Source: Eledone cirrhosa (Eukaryota). From it: a stretch of 64,000 bases of DNA. The notes under the pieces were generated by a model. The model was not told the DNA's origin and did not search any database. It worked only from the letters and a program-made list of their open reading frames with translations. How positions within the stretch are numbered: the stretch's first letter is position 1; each line of letters opens with the position of its first letter. This document shows positions 26,533 through 40,283 of this stretch, piece after piece. A program made the position numbers and the translations under genes. The stretch spans positions 54,994,001-55,058,000 of the forward strand of contig OZ024740.1 of NCBI GenBank assembly GCA_964016885.1, written 5' to 3'.

Positions 26533-27467
26533 TTGTAGCACTAACATAAAGTAATTCATAATAGAGGTGTACATTGAAACATAGTATTTATTGTGTTTGG
26601 TATACTAAACATACGATAAACACTATGAATGTTTGAAACTGTGATCATATCTTAGGTATCTCAGTCCCCGGTGAGAATGCCTTACATCTGTTTTATACTT
26701 AATCAGTGACATTTACTCACAAAATCCTGAGCTCGAACAGGCTAAAAAAGTCAGCTGAAGATGTTTATTTGTGTAGAGCGCTAATTTGGCTGGCTAAGAT
26801 TAATTAGCAGTAATACTAAAGTAGAATTGTTCATATTAAACCTGTTTATGAAAGCATATACATGATTTTGTATAAGCACACAAGAATCTTACTATGAATG
26901 ATTTCAAAAGTGATCATGTCACAACTCTCTCAGGATTTTTACACTCAGTACCGAGTGAGCAAACATTGACGAGGCGTATACACGCGTACAAGGTGTCCAT
27001 TTCTCTGGTTATTTCATTCTTTGTGTATATTCACCAACGATAGGGATGACGATACATACCTCGGAAGAGCTGCCTGCATAATATATGGAAATATGGCAAT
27101 GTCTCATGTACATTCTTAATGCAAAAGGGTAGATCAACTGACATTATTGAATCGATTAGTCAAACACTTTACATATGACTGATAAAACTCAAAGAAGATC
27201 TGCTCATAGACATATTTTTACAGTACAGATTGGAGAGGCTTTGCTTTTTAAAGCCAAGTGGCAAAATTAATGAACATCCTTAGGTATACTTAGGCCTCCT
27301 TATCAAAACAAATTCTAATCAGTTGGCTAGAATATGAATTGCTCCGTATGTATGAAAATATAGAAAATATAGTGATGCAGACTATGAATACCAACAACAT
27401 AGTTGAAGATAAATGTGAAATTTTCTGTATATTATATACGCTTGCTATGTGGTCTCATATATATATA

Positions 27468-27498
<31 letters not shown>

Positions 27499-27667
27499 AT
27501 GTGTGTGTGTATGTGTGTGTGCCTGTCTGTCTGTCTGTCTGTGTGTATGTCTGTCTGTGTGTCTGTCTGTGTTTGTGTGTGTTTGTGCGGGTAACTCATT
27601 CATCTACCTCTAAGCCAGAAAATGATATGTTATTGCATCATCTTCTTTGTTCGTTTCTCGTGTCCTT

Positions 27668-27718
<51 letters not shown>

Positions 27719-30522
27719 CTCTCTCTCTGTCCCCTCTCTCTCTCCCACTCTTTCTCCCTCCCCCACTATCTCTCTATATATATATATAATATAGATAGAT
27801 AGATAGATAGATACATAGTTAGATAGACACGTATATAATTAGATTGATAGGCAGGCAAGAGGTAAATGGAAATAGCAAAGCCAATGGTTCAGTACAATGA
27901 AGAAATATATTAGTTGAACGCTTAATATAGTAGGGAAAGAGACTTTGCGTTAACGTCCTTCATCTGAAGATAAAATAAGAAATAAAATTAAATAGAAATA
28001 TAGAGAATGCGAAGAGGGAGGAACGGAAACAAATTTGAGAAAATAAAAACGTATGTATTCAGTCAGTCATATATATATAAATATATATACGCATAAGATA
28101 ATAAGAGAATTATCTTCATAATCTTTCCAAATTTTCAGTGCAGTTTCATCGAACGTGGAACCGCTTAGGTGAGAAACAAGCTTCTTTATTTATATCAATA
28201 TCTACACCTGTTTTAGGGAATTGGATTAGCAAGTATTGTACGTCTAGTTCTTAGAAGAGACTGCAAAATGCCACAGAAAAATGCTGATCCGATCCATCAC
28301 AATCAAGTTATAGGGCTGGGTTAGTGGTTGGTAAAACTAAATGCACAGAATTCAACAGATTGTTGAAGAATATCGGTTTATTTCAACTTAGCACAATGGT
28401 CTAGTTAAATAATAAAGAATGGAAAAGAAAAAAATCATTATTTTACATCTTGCCGTTGCATTTACACAAGATATTGGTGGAGTAAATGTAACGAATTGAT
28501 TTCAACCAGAAAGCGGAATCGCCTCGCAGTCACGTCTCAAACGGAAGTTGTTCTAAGATACACGCAACCTATTTTTCAAAGATATCGATTTCTTTTGTTA
28601 AATATTGATATCGTTTTAGCTATTTGTCTCAATAATAATGCCTCAACTGATAAAGCAGGTTACATAAAAATAAAAAAAGTGTGTTTAGCTAGTAACAGAG
28701 ACATTTAAGCGAGGCATATGAGATGTTTGTGCAAAGAAAGGCTGATATTTTATTCAGCCTCGTTGTATTACTGGTACTCATGCATCTTCATAGTGGGAAA
28801 GAAAGATGAATTCAACTCCAATGTGATTTGAACTTTCAATATTGTCATGTGTATTCTGAATATTAAAAGGCACCTAATCGAGTGATCTATTTTTGAAGAT
28901 ACAAAAGTTCCCTCGAGTTATATAGCGATTTATGCCTCGAGATATAAAAAGGTATTTTCTCAGTTCAAATTAAAAGGAAAACAAATATTGCGAAATTGCA
29001 ATGAAGATAAAAGTATGATTTGAATATCATTCATAAATTAGGCGATTCACCAGCACTTAACAACCAACTAGTTTTCATGATTTCCATGCTGCATATATTT
29101 TCTTTCAACGCCTTCCGAATTATCCCAAACGCTATTATTATGTATTTCATACTTACATAGTGGCATACAGATATAAACATACATGCTTATTTCGCATGTG
29201 ATCTGGTCAAACAATGGAAAGCATGAAAGACAGCTCAAGTCAGAAGGCATGCTCGGAATAAATGAAATGTCTTTCTAGGTTTGTCATCAACTGGTGACTC
29301 ATTTCTGGGAGTAAGTAAGTAGCTAAGAAAATTAATGTAATCATCTCTGCTCTTGTCTTGTTCTGATTTAGTACAAAAGCAAACGTTTCTGAGTTGTCGC
29401 CCTTAAATAATAGATGGCGGTAAAGTCTAGTATAGTTAACGCCTTTCACAATCGCAACGAGAAACAATGATCAATAGAAAGTTGTCGGATAATAATATCT
29501 ACTGATCTTCTGGACTTGTTAATAATTTCTTACTCATTTGGAAAGGATACGAAATTGCCTATGTTCTAAGATACGTCTAATGTTACTAGGAACGGGAAAG
29601 AAAGAACTGTCGTCTGGTTTCAGGAAACATCAAAAAGCTGCGAGAATGCCGGGAATCACTAACACAAAAGATAATGAAGGCCTTTACTTCCACTCTTTGA
29701 AACCAATTAAGACAATCTAAACCGTTATTCTAGCAAATGATGCGAAAACCAGAGTCTTTCTGATTTCTGCTATTATCTCTCACTCCTCCACCTCTTCTCT
29801 CTCTCTCGCCTGAAAAATTGATTAGGCATAGCTCATGTGAGAACTGAATGAGTTAACAACATACACTAAAACGTATCCATGTTCTCATTGTACAAACTGT
29901 CCAGTCATGATTTCCAGTTTTCCAAATGACGCAGAAAATAAAATTTCTACTTTTCTCCTACGTTCCCCTTACTTTTTATCTTTCTCCTTTTATTTCCTTG
30001 TCCTTCAAAATCTTGATCATATTTCCTATTTCCCATCATTTTAATACATTCTTTCTGTACCTTTCTACTATGCCTGCTGCAAACATTTTCTTTTGTTGCT
30101 TTTATTATAAATGTTTCTATTTTGTTTTGTTTCGTTACTATATATTTATTTATCTATTTATTTATTTATTGTTCAAGAGGAAAACAACAGCCGAATAAAT
30201 ATTTATACCCTTCCCCAACATCTTCCTACCTACATACTTATCCTAGAAAATAATTATCATACAAGATAAAAATACAGCGCACAATAAAACCAAAAAAGAA
30301 ACAAGTCTTCGAAATGAAAGACAATCATGATGGAATAATTAAGCTTGAAAATATCAGTGTTGGGTGAAATTCTTCGATTCATTCTAGGTAATAAAGATGT
30401 ACTGTTTAAACGTACAAAACTAAATTAAATTTAAAGGGACTTTGAAAGTTCTTTAGAAAACTAAACAGTAAAATTGTTTCATAAAATATTTCTCAGCTAC
30501 ATAAATAAATAAGTGAATATTA

Positions 30523-30621
30523 ATAATTGTTTCTACTTTTGGCACAAGGCCAGCAATCACTCAGTGTATTACTGGTACTTTATTTTATCGACCCCGTAAC
30601 GAGGAAAAGCAAAGTTAACCA
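30523..30621 (-). mobile_element. tRNA-SINE family A, 5'-truncated
   Basis: aattgtttctacttttggcacaaggccagcaat...ttattttatcgaccccgtaa...gcaaagttaacc. Confidence 0.9.
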
Positions 30622-30670
30622 GTGAATATTAATAATGAAAGAGGTGTAGGTGGTGATGATGGTGATGATT

Positions 30671-30770
<100 letters not shown>

Positions 30771-32209
30771 TGATGATGATGATGTTTGTGTGAGTATGTA
30801 TGTTTATGTGTACGTATGTAAGGTTCTACGTGTGTTTGGGTGTGTTTTTTTAATGATTTTCTCAGTGTAAATAAATATCAAATAAATAAAGATCAAAGAA
30901 GTGTTCTCAGCACACACAAGCCAAATTGGAAGAAAACGAAGGAATAACGAGAATGTTAGAGTGGGGATTGGGTAGGATAGTTGTTTCAATATTCCTTTAC
31001 TTCATTTTTTGTTCCTATAATATGCTAAGTAATACAGAATATTTTATAGCAGGCATCATGTTAGGGGAAATACGAACTCGTCATGTACTCGAATTGTCCA
31101 TAGTCACACAAGCAGCACATGAGAATTTACAATCACTATTCAGCTTTCCAGAAACAGCTACGAAATATCCTTAAAATCATATTATAGTAACCTGAAAAGG
31201 ATATCTAGTGCTACACTGTTCACCTGTCTTCCATCCCTTCGTGGTCGATAATATGTCGCTGAGTGTGCATATGATAATTCCAGGAAACTCAAATGGAGAA
31301 TGCTGGAATTCTAGAAAATCACCATCCATCGAATTTCGAGGGAGCGCGTTAGTTTGTTTTGTTCTTTCTTGGAAAACCCGACCGTTTCCAGACCTTTATT
31401 CAAATCTACAGTGCGCTTATGATAATAGGTACAAATGTGAACTTTTAGTCAGGATACCGATTGTTTATTTTTCTTTTCTTTTTAAGACAACTCCCCAAGA
31501 CAAACATGTTTTTATATGGATGATGGCATTGTAAATGGCTATCATAAGTACATACTATGTATGTATGAAGTTAGGTAGGCGCTTGTGTATATATGTATAC
31601 AAGATTATATGTGTGTATGCATTTATTTATATATATGTGTGCGTGTGTGAGCGCGTGTGCGTGTGTGAGCGCGTGTGCGTGTGTGTGTGTGTGTGTGTAT
31701 GTATGTATAAAGAGAGAGAAGTTTTGAGATTAAAAAATAGTGGTGTCCTTGTTTATAAAAAATCTTTACATTAATTTTTAGTCTTTTATAACAAGCATAT
31801 TTCTCTATTTGTCTTATTAACACACCTAATTTCAAAGATTTATATATTTATTTCATATTGTAATGTATATTACATATTAAATCCCACAAAACAATGCAAT
31901 ACGTGTATCATTTTCTCAAATCCATTTCTATTAATATAAGTATGTTTGTGGCTTACCAAAACTTACAATCCATCTACCCCAATGTTATGAGTCCGTCCTA
32001 TATCTCTTGTGATGAACTGAGGCAAACATTTTAATATTAGCAATTTTCAGACAAAGCCTTATAGTTCTTTTCTCCATTTTTTCTGCTTTTCTTTTTTTCC
32101 TTCTTTCATTTTTTACCCTATTTCTTCTATCATCTAATATCTTCTCTCTTTCTTTTCAATAAAATGACATTTTACATACAGATGTCGCCATCATTCACAT
32201 TTGGGGAGC

Positions 32210-32350
32210 AAAGGTCATGTGACAATCACCAACCGGAAATACAGATCACATGACTTGATCAAAGAATATCCTCACCAATTAGTTGCGAATATCCCCCTCG
32301 TTCCAATTACGCTCCCTGTCCAATTGTTCAGCCAATTCAGGTGGAAGTAA
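32210..32350. promoter_or_regulatory. Promoter-like motif cluster
   Basis: GTCATGTGAC (32214-32223) and TCACATGAC (32246-32254), both MiT/TFE-USF-type E-boxes. ETS-like ACCGGAAAT (32232-32240). CCAAT at 32275, 32303, 32320 and 32332. Confidence 0.45.
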
Positions 32351-33187
32351 AATCCTGCTCATTATCAACATTAGGTCTGCTCGTTCGTTATGATCACTTT
32401 AGATGTTCACTGTTTGTGCTGCGTCTTTGTAGAGTTGGGGAATCAAGCACTGTAACGACGGCTTATTTCGTAATCCGTATGCTATATCTTGTTGACAGCT
32501 CACTGGCATGAACACATTTTCTCATGCCTTTTACGAACGAAACAATCCTTACAGAAATGCAGGTTTAATGAACGGAGTAGAATATGCTTCTTTTCAATTA
32601 GAAAACGATAGATAGAAATATAGCGTTCGCAGGAGAGGGAAAGATTGTTAAGCAGAAATATTAAAAAACATAATAAAATTTAAAATATAAGACTAAAAAT
32701 ATGCAAACAAAGTGAATTCTTACAAAGAAAAAGTGAAGATGAATTTGTTTCTATGTGGTGGGGGTTAGGAAAAGATTTTAATGAATGAGGAAGAAACAAA
32801 GACGGTAGTTTCGATTAAGAAAGAAATATAACATAGACAAGGATTCCATATGAACCACATCTATCAGCATACGTCTATAAGTGTGTGAACATTGTTCGTT
32901 TTTGCATCGATTTGGCTGTATTATACATATGTAAACGTGTATGTGTATAGCAGTATGTTTAGGAATATGATATATTGGATGTTGTTTGTTTCTTCATAGC
33001 TATTCTTTCTTTACTGTGTTTATTACTTTTCTTTTTAAATTTTAACAAGCAAAATATATTTTAAGTAAAAGAAAATTCATAAATATATGCTTGCGAATAT
33101 GTATGTATATATGTATGGCTACGAGTAATATATAATTTCTTATAATGTATATATATATAAATATACATACACACACACACACACACA

Positions 33188-33298
<111 letters not shown>

Positions 33299-33410
33299 CT
33301 GATATCACTATGTCATCATGGACTTTTATTTTGTTATACTGGGTCCAGTCCCACTGCGGTTTGAGCAATGTGATGAGTGGAATTTAGTCGATGGAAACTG
33401 CAGAATCTCG

Positions 33411-33440
<30 letters not shown>

Positions 33441-33445
<5 letters not shown>

Positions 33446-34161
33446 TTGTAATATAATGAAACGAAATTTCATTTCTCACTCTTAGTACGGCACTTACTTA
33501 AATGTAAGTATGTATGTATACGTACATACATACATGTATACAGACGTACAGTAGCATGCATATATATATATATATACATATATACATATATACATATACA
33601 TACAGGTACACATATATATATATGTACGTATCAGTTTAGCGAACGTTTATTATAACGCCCGCTTTGTCCGTTTGTAAACAAGCGAACAGCCTGATTTATG
33701 CCATACGGTGTTAAGGCAACCACGTCACCTTTTTGTTCAACACTGACACAGGAACGATGTACTAGTTTCAAGCTTGTTAGCTATCATCAGTACCGTATAC
33801 CCTTCTGCCAGATAGTTGAACGTTCGAAAGTATATACTTTCCTTTTGAAAATTAACGGCTGAGCAGCCTAATTTGAATATCGAGTGAGTTCAGTCGGCCA
33901 GGCGTACCGAAAACGATAAGTTGTAATATAATGAAACGAAATTTCATTTCTCACTCTTTGTATGGCACTTACTTAAATGTAAGTATGTATGTATACGTAC
34001 ATATATACATGTATACAGACGTACAGTAGCATGCATATATATATATATATATATACATATATACATATATACATATACATACAGGTACACATATATATAT
34101 GTACGTATCAGTTTAGCGAACGTTTATTATAACGCCCGCTTTGTCCGTTTGTAAACAAGCG
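33441..34161 (-). mobile_element. 1.5-unit tandem HHR element (retrozyme-like, 475-nt unit) in (TA)n
   Basis: 33441-33684 is repeated at 33916-34161. No coding ORF. HHR lies in the unique middle. Confidence 0.9.
33754..33796 (-). ncRNA. Minimal type I hammerhead ribozyme
   Basis: Reverse complement reads acggta-CTGATGA-t-agct(aaca)agct-t-GAAA-ctag-T-A-catcgt. Palindromic CTAG loop 3. Confidence 0.8.
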
Positions 34162-34232
<71 letters not shown>

Positions 34233-34269
34233 GTAATAAACAAGAGAAATGAACACCAATATAAACATA

Positions 34270-35006
34270 CATGTGTTGGAATCGTAGCGACCAAGTTTGC
34301 TAGGGTGAAAAAATACTGACTACAGCAATATGGCTTGTCAGACTTAATTTTAAATATTAAATTTAAAAAAAGAACAGACCTATATTGGGCAATCGCCTGG
34401 AGAGTTTTGGAAACTGTTCCGCAACATCTTATTAAGTGAAGTCCACACTTTGCTCTGCTCCTCAGTAGTTGTTGAGAAATTAGTGATCCTACCACTTCTA
34501 AAAATATTAGAAGACTGAATTGCGTGCGATAAGAAATATCGCACGTGTCTTCGGAACCCAGCTTGTCTCGAAATTCCATGCCGCTAAAAATAGCAGCCTG
34601 GTTAACAGGACATTAAAATAAGCTCTACATGATGGAGCCGACAAATATATAGTGAAATAAGCTGGGTTCCGAAGACACGTGCGATATTTCTTATCGCACG
34701 AAATCCAGTCTTCTAATATTTTTAGAAGTGGAAGGATCACTAATTCCTCAACAAGTACTGAGGAGCAGAAAAAAGTGTGGACTTCAATTAATAAGACGTT
34801 GCGAACAGTTTCCAAAACTGTCTAGTTGTTACCAGGCGACTGCCCAATATAGGTCTGTTATTTTTCTTAATTTAATACTTAAAATCAAGTCTGAGAAACC
34901 GTATTGCTGTAGTTAGTATGTTTTCACCCTAGCAAACTTGGTCCTTACGATTCGAACCCATGAGAGCTATTTAATTGTAAGAGACTACTCTGAGTTTCTA
35001 ACTCAC
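34270..35006 (+). mobile_element. Fold-back HHR element family F6 (~295-bp arms 34270-34564 / 34659-34962, ~45-nt tail)
   Basis: Long diverged inverted repeat flanked by TA tracts. Confidence 0.92.
34750..34830 (+). ncRNA. Type I hammerhead ribozyme with a stable stem III (one core A lost in this arm)
   Basis: aacaagta-CTGAGGA-gca...tgc-GAA-cagttt(cca)aaactg-T-C-tagttgtt. The left arm supplies aacaacta (perfect 8-bp stem I) and GGAA. Confidence 0.75.
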
Positions 35007-37090
35007 TATATATATATAAGTATATATATATATATTAAACCAAATAAATAAGAATGTGCCTTTTCGTTTCACATTCTAGAAATAGCGGCCAAAAGGACAC
35101 CTTCGAAAATGTAATTCGAGATTTATTTAAGTACAAAATGATTGAATGGTCAAAACCGGAGCACATTTAACCTAATATGGGTCTAACAAAAACAATCCTG
35201 TACTAAATTTTAATTTATATACAAAGCTAATTGTCTCCGAATACATTACTGTCACTTACTTCATTGAGAAAGGAGTAACGAACGATAAACTTGACTCAGG
35301 TGGTGTTAGATCTACGTGCCATACACAGATGCTTTACTGCCTATGATAACTAAAATGTTTGTTTTTTTACTCTTATTCTTCTTATAATACAGGTTTGTGA
35401 TATTCATGTTTTCGATGCATTATCAGTATGGATGATGTGCGACAGTGACAGCTGAGAATCGAAACTGGATTGCTGATGGTCAATTTCCAATCTAGAATTT
35501 TTACAAATATTTTCGATATTACTTCAGTCATATATTTTAGAATAAAATGTGATAACAACATTATTATGACATTCATATCGCTGTTGAAGGCCTTACCATA
35601 GTAAAAGAAGTTCATTATACTTATAATAGATTGTAACTCCTTGCGGTCTCGAGCTGTCGGAAGCCTGTCGGAAGCCTGTCGGATGTGTGCATCAATTCTC
35701 ACATTACACTATGAGGCTTCAAGATTTAATATGCTGTTCGAAACAACGATTTTACCCAAACTACATTACTACATAACACTACCTTGTTTGGCGTCTAACA
35801 TTGTTTCAAATATTTCAAATCATAGTTGATGAATATAAGAATAAGTAAGATAATTGAGGTCGGTTATATATATTAATTCGTCTACTATTGAACGACAAGA
35901 TTTATTTGTGAGCTGAAATTAGTGTCATGAGGAACAATCAAATTAGTAAATAAATTAGAACCCGAAAATTATGTTTGAAGTAATAAAATTATAAAAAGGA
36001 ATTCGAATCAAAATTCAAAATATTGTTTCATCGTTGTCTTCACTGTGGGTTGACGATTCTTTCACAATTTTCAATTGTATTTATTATGTCTTTCTTCCCC
36101 TTTTAACTTACAGAAAATATGTAATCTTTGAACTTCAAACTTAAAATCCCAAATGAAAAAAAAAGAACCTGCTTTCAATGTTTTCAGTAAATTCACTGCG
36201 GGTATGCATCACTCTGTGTATGCGTCTTACTTGAAGTATGTGGGGTTTTGGGTCATGTAAGATCTCTCTATCATATAAACATGGAAAAGTACGTATCGGT
36301 ATTTGTGAAATAACGTAGTGATATAGAAGTTGTTTTTGTTAAGATAGTTTAGCCCGAATACATTTGCTACGTGTAAGCTTGTAGGAGTGATTTGTGAGTA
36401 GCTGTAAAAATAGGTGATGAAATTTTACCAATGTACTCTTTAGTTATTCGGTGATTAGTACTAAATAAATCTCTACAAGTGAATAGAATTGTCTATTCAA
36501 TAGAGCTATGAGGTAGTGTGTGAATGTTAAATTATTGTTTAAGAGAAAAAAGCAAGATTTCGAATATCACCTGCGCTAAAATATGAAGAATATTTTATAT
36601 GAATTGTTTCGAACTTTTAGCAAGTTATATTATTCTCTGAACTTGAAATATGAACCATTATTGTTGAGCAAAATATTTTGACAGTTATTTAATGTTTAAA
36701 CAAAGAAAAATCATCATTAAACGCCTTTAGTTACTGTTGGATATGACAATGATTTATGGTGATAAAGAAAATTATTTGGTTGCATTCCTGATAAGAGATC
36801 TCTCACACATCTGCAGATTGGTGCTTAATTTAAATATGTAAATAAAGCTGGATAAATTTAGTGGCTATATTTTTCTTTCGTCGCTGTTTTAGCTTCAGTT
36901 TAAGAACCGATTCTCCTTTGCCAGAGGCATTAAACCAATTCCAGTCGAAATTCACTAAAAGATAATAAATGAATATTCTTTAAAATATCTGTTTTTAATA
37001 ATTAAGGCTAAACTGGCAATGCCGCGGGAAGCATGTGCGTATTTATATATATATATATAAAGAATCTTGCTAAACAAATTCAGAAACGAA

Positions 37091-37129
<39 letters not shown>

Positions 37130-37146
37130 AGCGTGTGTATGTGTGT

Positions 37147-37198
<52 letters not shown>

Positions 37199-37218
37199 TA
37201 ACTGTATCGTATTTTAAA

Positions 37219-37313
37219 ATAATTGTTTCTTCTTTTGGCACAGGGCCAGCAAATACCCAGTGCATTACTGGTACTTTATTTTATCGACCCCGTAAGGATG
37301 AAAGGCAAAGTTA
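37219..37313 (-). mobile_element. tRNA-SINE family A, 5'-truncated
   Basis: Same body and tail as the 37751 copy. Confidence 0.9.
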
Positions 37314-37750
37314 AATGACGTAAAGATATATGTTAGTTGAACAAAGATATTTATGTAACTATTTCAACAAATTTTATCAGTCTTGTGTGTAGGATGAATT
37401 AAGGACCTTGCTTCGCAATCACTTTGTGGGTGCTGGTTCGAATTCTCGTCAAATATTTTGGCAGGAATTCTTCTATCATGCTGTTAACTATTGTTTGTGG
37501 GAAAGCTTGTTTGTAAAATATGTGAAGCAATTATGAAGAAATCATATTCTGTCCTTGCAGTGTATAAATTTCATTGATGCATTTCGTTACCCGAACTAAA
37601 TATTCTCTTATTCCAGCTTAAATATCATTCGCTCTTTTATTCAACGAGAAGATACATGTTCAACTTATTTATTCTTGTACATATTGACTCAAAGCTAAGA
37701 AACACACAAGAGCAGAATAGTTTCCTGATATCTACAGTTTATCTTAAGAT

Positions 37751-37925
37751 AATTGTTTTACTTTTGGCACAAGACCAGCAATTACCCAGTGCATAACTGG
37801 TACTTTATTTTATCGACCCCGTAAGGATAAAGGCAAAGTTAACCTCGGCGGGATTTGAATTCAGAATGACAAGAGCCGTAACTCTATGCGTCTGACCCTC
37901 TACTGATACTGCCAATCCACCGCCC
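37751..37925 (-). mobile_element. tRNA-SINE family A, full length, 13-bp TSD
   Basis: TSD tttatcttaagat at 37738-37750 and 37926-37938. Confidence 0.95.
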
Positions 37926-38247
37926 TTTATCTTAAGATCATGCTATCAACATTAGATACAATAGCATGCTTAAATTTACATCATGTTTCCAGAAAACCTA
38001 CAATGTCGCTAGACTTTATATATATAGATATAGAAAGTATCTGAGTGGTGGTGCGATATTTGAATCAAATTCGTATATTCGTCTATAAATGCATGGATGC
38101 TTATAACAGACTTCGCTCAATTTTAGCAATCACAATGATAGAATACGCAACACTGAGAAATTATCAATAACAATAGTAGAATCACTACAGCAATAAGGTT
38201 ACAAATGTTTCGATAAGCTGTTGAAATACAAAGAAAATAGTGCTAAT

Positions 38248-38330
<83 letters not shown>

Positions 38331-38364
38331 TAAGTATGTATGTATGTATCTAAGTATCTATGTA

Positions 38365-38736
38365 TGCAGAGCAATATATAAGAAAGTAAGTCCATAGAAA
38401 CATTTGATAAAATATATACAGTATTTCTCCTCCCAATCAGCATAATCAATCACATAAAAAATCAATTAAACGAAGCTTTGATTTTGTACCTAATTGTGTA
38501 TGGTTAGCTATGTGTCTAGTCAATTTCTACGGGCTAATAGAAAGACTAGGTAAATCTTCTGTGGCTGTGGATCGCGGATAAAATAAATATCATTTATTTA
38601 TCTATTGTTTCTTCATAGGCTCGTTTTAAACTTATAGCCTCGTTTAATTGATATTTTATGTGGTTGATTATGCTGATTGGGAGCAGCAATACTGTATATA
38701 TTTTATCAAATGATTCTATGGACTTACTTTCTTATA
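38365..38736. mobile_element. Fold-back copy of family F7 (homologous to the 53741-54740 tandem element)
   Basis: Arms 38377-38478 / 38634-38736. Block gataaaatatatac...ctcccaat.agcataat is shared with 53771-53810. Confidence 0.85.
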
Positions 38737-39460
38737 TATATATATATTTATATATATATATATATGTATGTATGTATATATGTATGTAAGTATGTATGAA
38801 AGTATGTATGCATAACAGACATTGAAATCACGTTGCAAATTCATTAACATTCATTACCACTGATTGAGATTTGAGCGAAATATTTTTGATTAAGACTAGT
38901 CGGAGAATATGTAATATTCTATAATTATTTTTTTTTCCGTCTAATATGCCAATATATCTCGAAATATGTTTCGATAATGTATTAAAACTTGACATGATAA
39001 TATTCAAACATTTTGATGTATCGAATATCTTAAATCTTCTGACATATTTTAGCCGTTTGTCTATATTAACCCTTTAATTTTTTTAAAAAGAACAACAACA
39101 ATCTTCACAAATAGATATTATGTGGGCTAAGCACAAACGGTGTGAATTGTTCTCGCGTTTATTCATTCATTAAAAATTATTTCTGGTATTCTAGTCTAAG
39201 AAATAATGACATCCTTATATAAATAATTTCAGAAAAAAAGCATATTGTTCTCATTCATTAGCATCGTGGTCAGAAGCAATTAACAATGAATGTAAATTAT
39301 ATTCTTTCTGAACTATAGGGATAGAGAAAATTAAATTGTGCCATTAATACTTTTCCAAATGTTATGCAAAGTTAATAGAATATATACAAGTAGTAATCAA
39401 AAGTAGATGAGAATTTGTTGTTTTGGAAAATGTCTTCCTTGTAAAATAATTCTCTGTCGG

Positions 39461-39496
<36 letters not shown>

Positions 39497-39559
39497 AGCC
39501 TAATTTAATATTATTACTTACATAGATACATACATTTATAAATACATACATACATATAT

Positions 39560-40168
39560 GGTGGTTGCCAACTCGTTTTCGAGTACGGCCACTACTTTAT
39601 ATCCATGTAGGAGAACCCCTACCGATGCGCTGAACGAGTGACTTTTTAGTCCAGCCAGCGACTTGAAAACTCTGGTACAAACACTACACTTGTGACAATT
39701 ATTGACACATAGTGCTTTGCCTTTGGTACCATGTGACGACAAGTGCAGAGAGATCTCCAGATACAAAGCAATGCTTGTGCCGTGAAGCTTTTATAGTGAG
39801 CAAAGGCACTACACAAAGCCAGTCCCACTCTCTTAACCAAGATGATATTTACCAAAAAGAAGAACAAGTCAACATCATTAGATACCATCAGGGTTGCAGA
39901 TGTTATATCAGAGTTTTCCTTCTCCTAGAATTCTGCCTTGACAAAGGCTAAGGGGTCATCTCTCCCAGTGATTTTGGATGGCCATTGACTCTTAAGAGCT
40001 CCTTTGCCCTTTGACAGGTTTTGTTTTTAGTCCTGCAGGATGTCCAAAGTCACCCTCCTCACCAAGAAACCTTGGTGGGGTTGCCAGTTTAGTCGCCAAC
40101 GACCCGATCATGAGACAGGTTGTACTGGGATACATGTTACCAGTAGCACCAACTGGTGACCTGACATA
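39560..40168 (-). mobile_element. Internally deleted (bipartite) RTE-type element
   Basis: 3' part encodes KCSVCTRVFKSLAGLKSH, a C2H2-like finger typical of RTE ORF ends. GC-richer UTR-like 5' part at 39890-40168. (TACA)n/catacatatat on both sides. Confidence 0.65.
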
Positions 40169-40283
40169 AACATACATATATACATACATGCATACATGTA
40201 AACGAGTATTTGTAAAATGTATGTATAATAGACATTGATATCACTTTGAAAACTCATTAACATTCATTATCACTTATATATAA

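Noticed and set aside
34662-34710. Second HHR in F6 (ccgaaga...gtgcgata/tatcgcac-gaaa)
   Set aside because: No stem III or UH triplet, and the other arm lacks GAAA. It is a simple hairpin.
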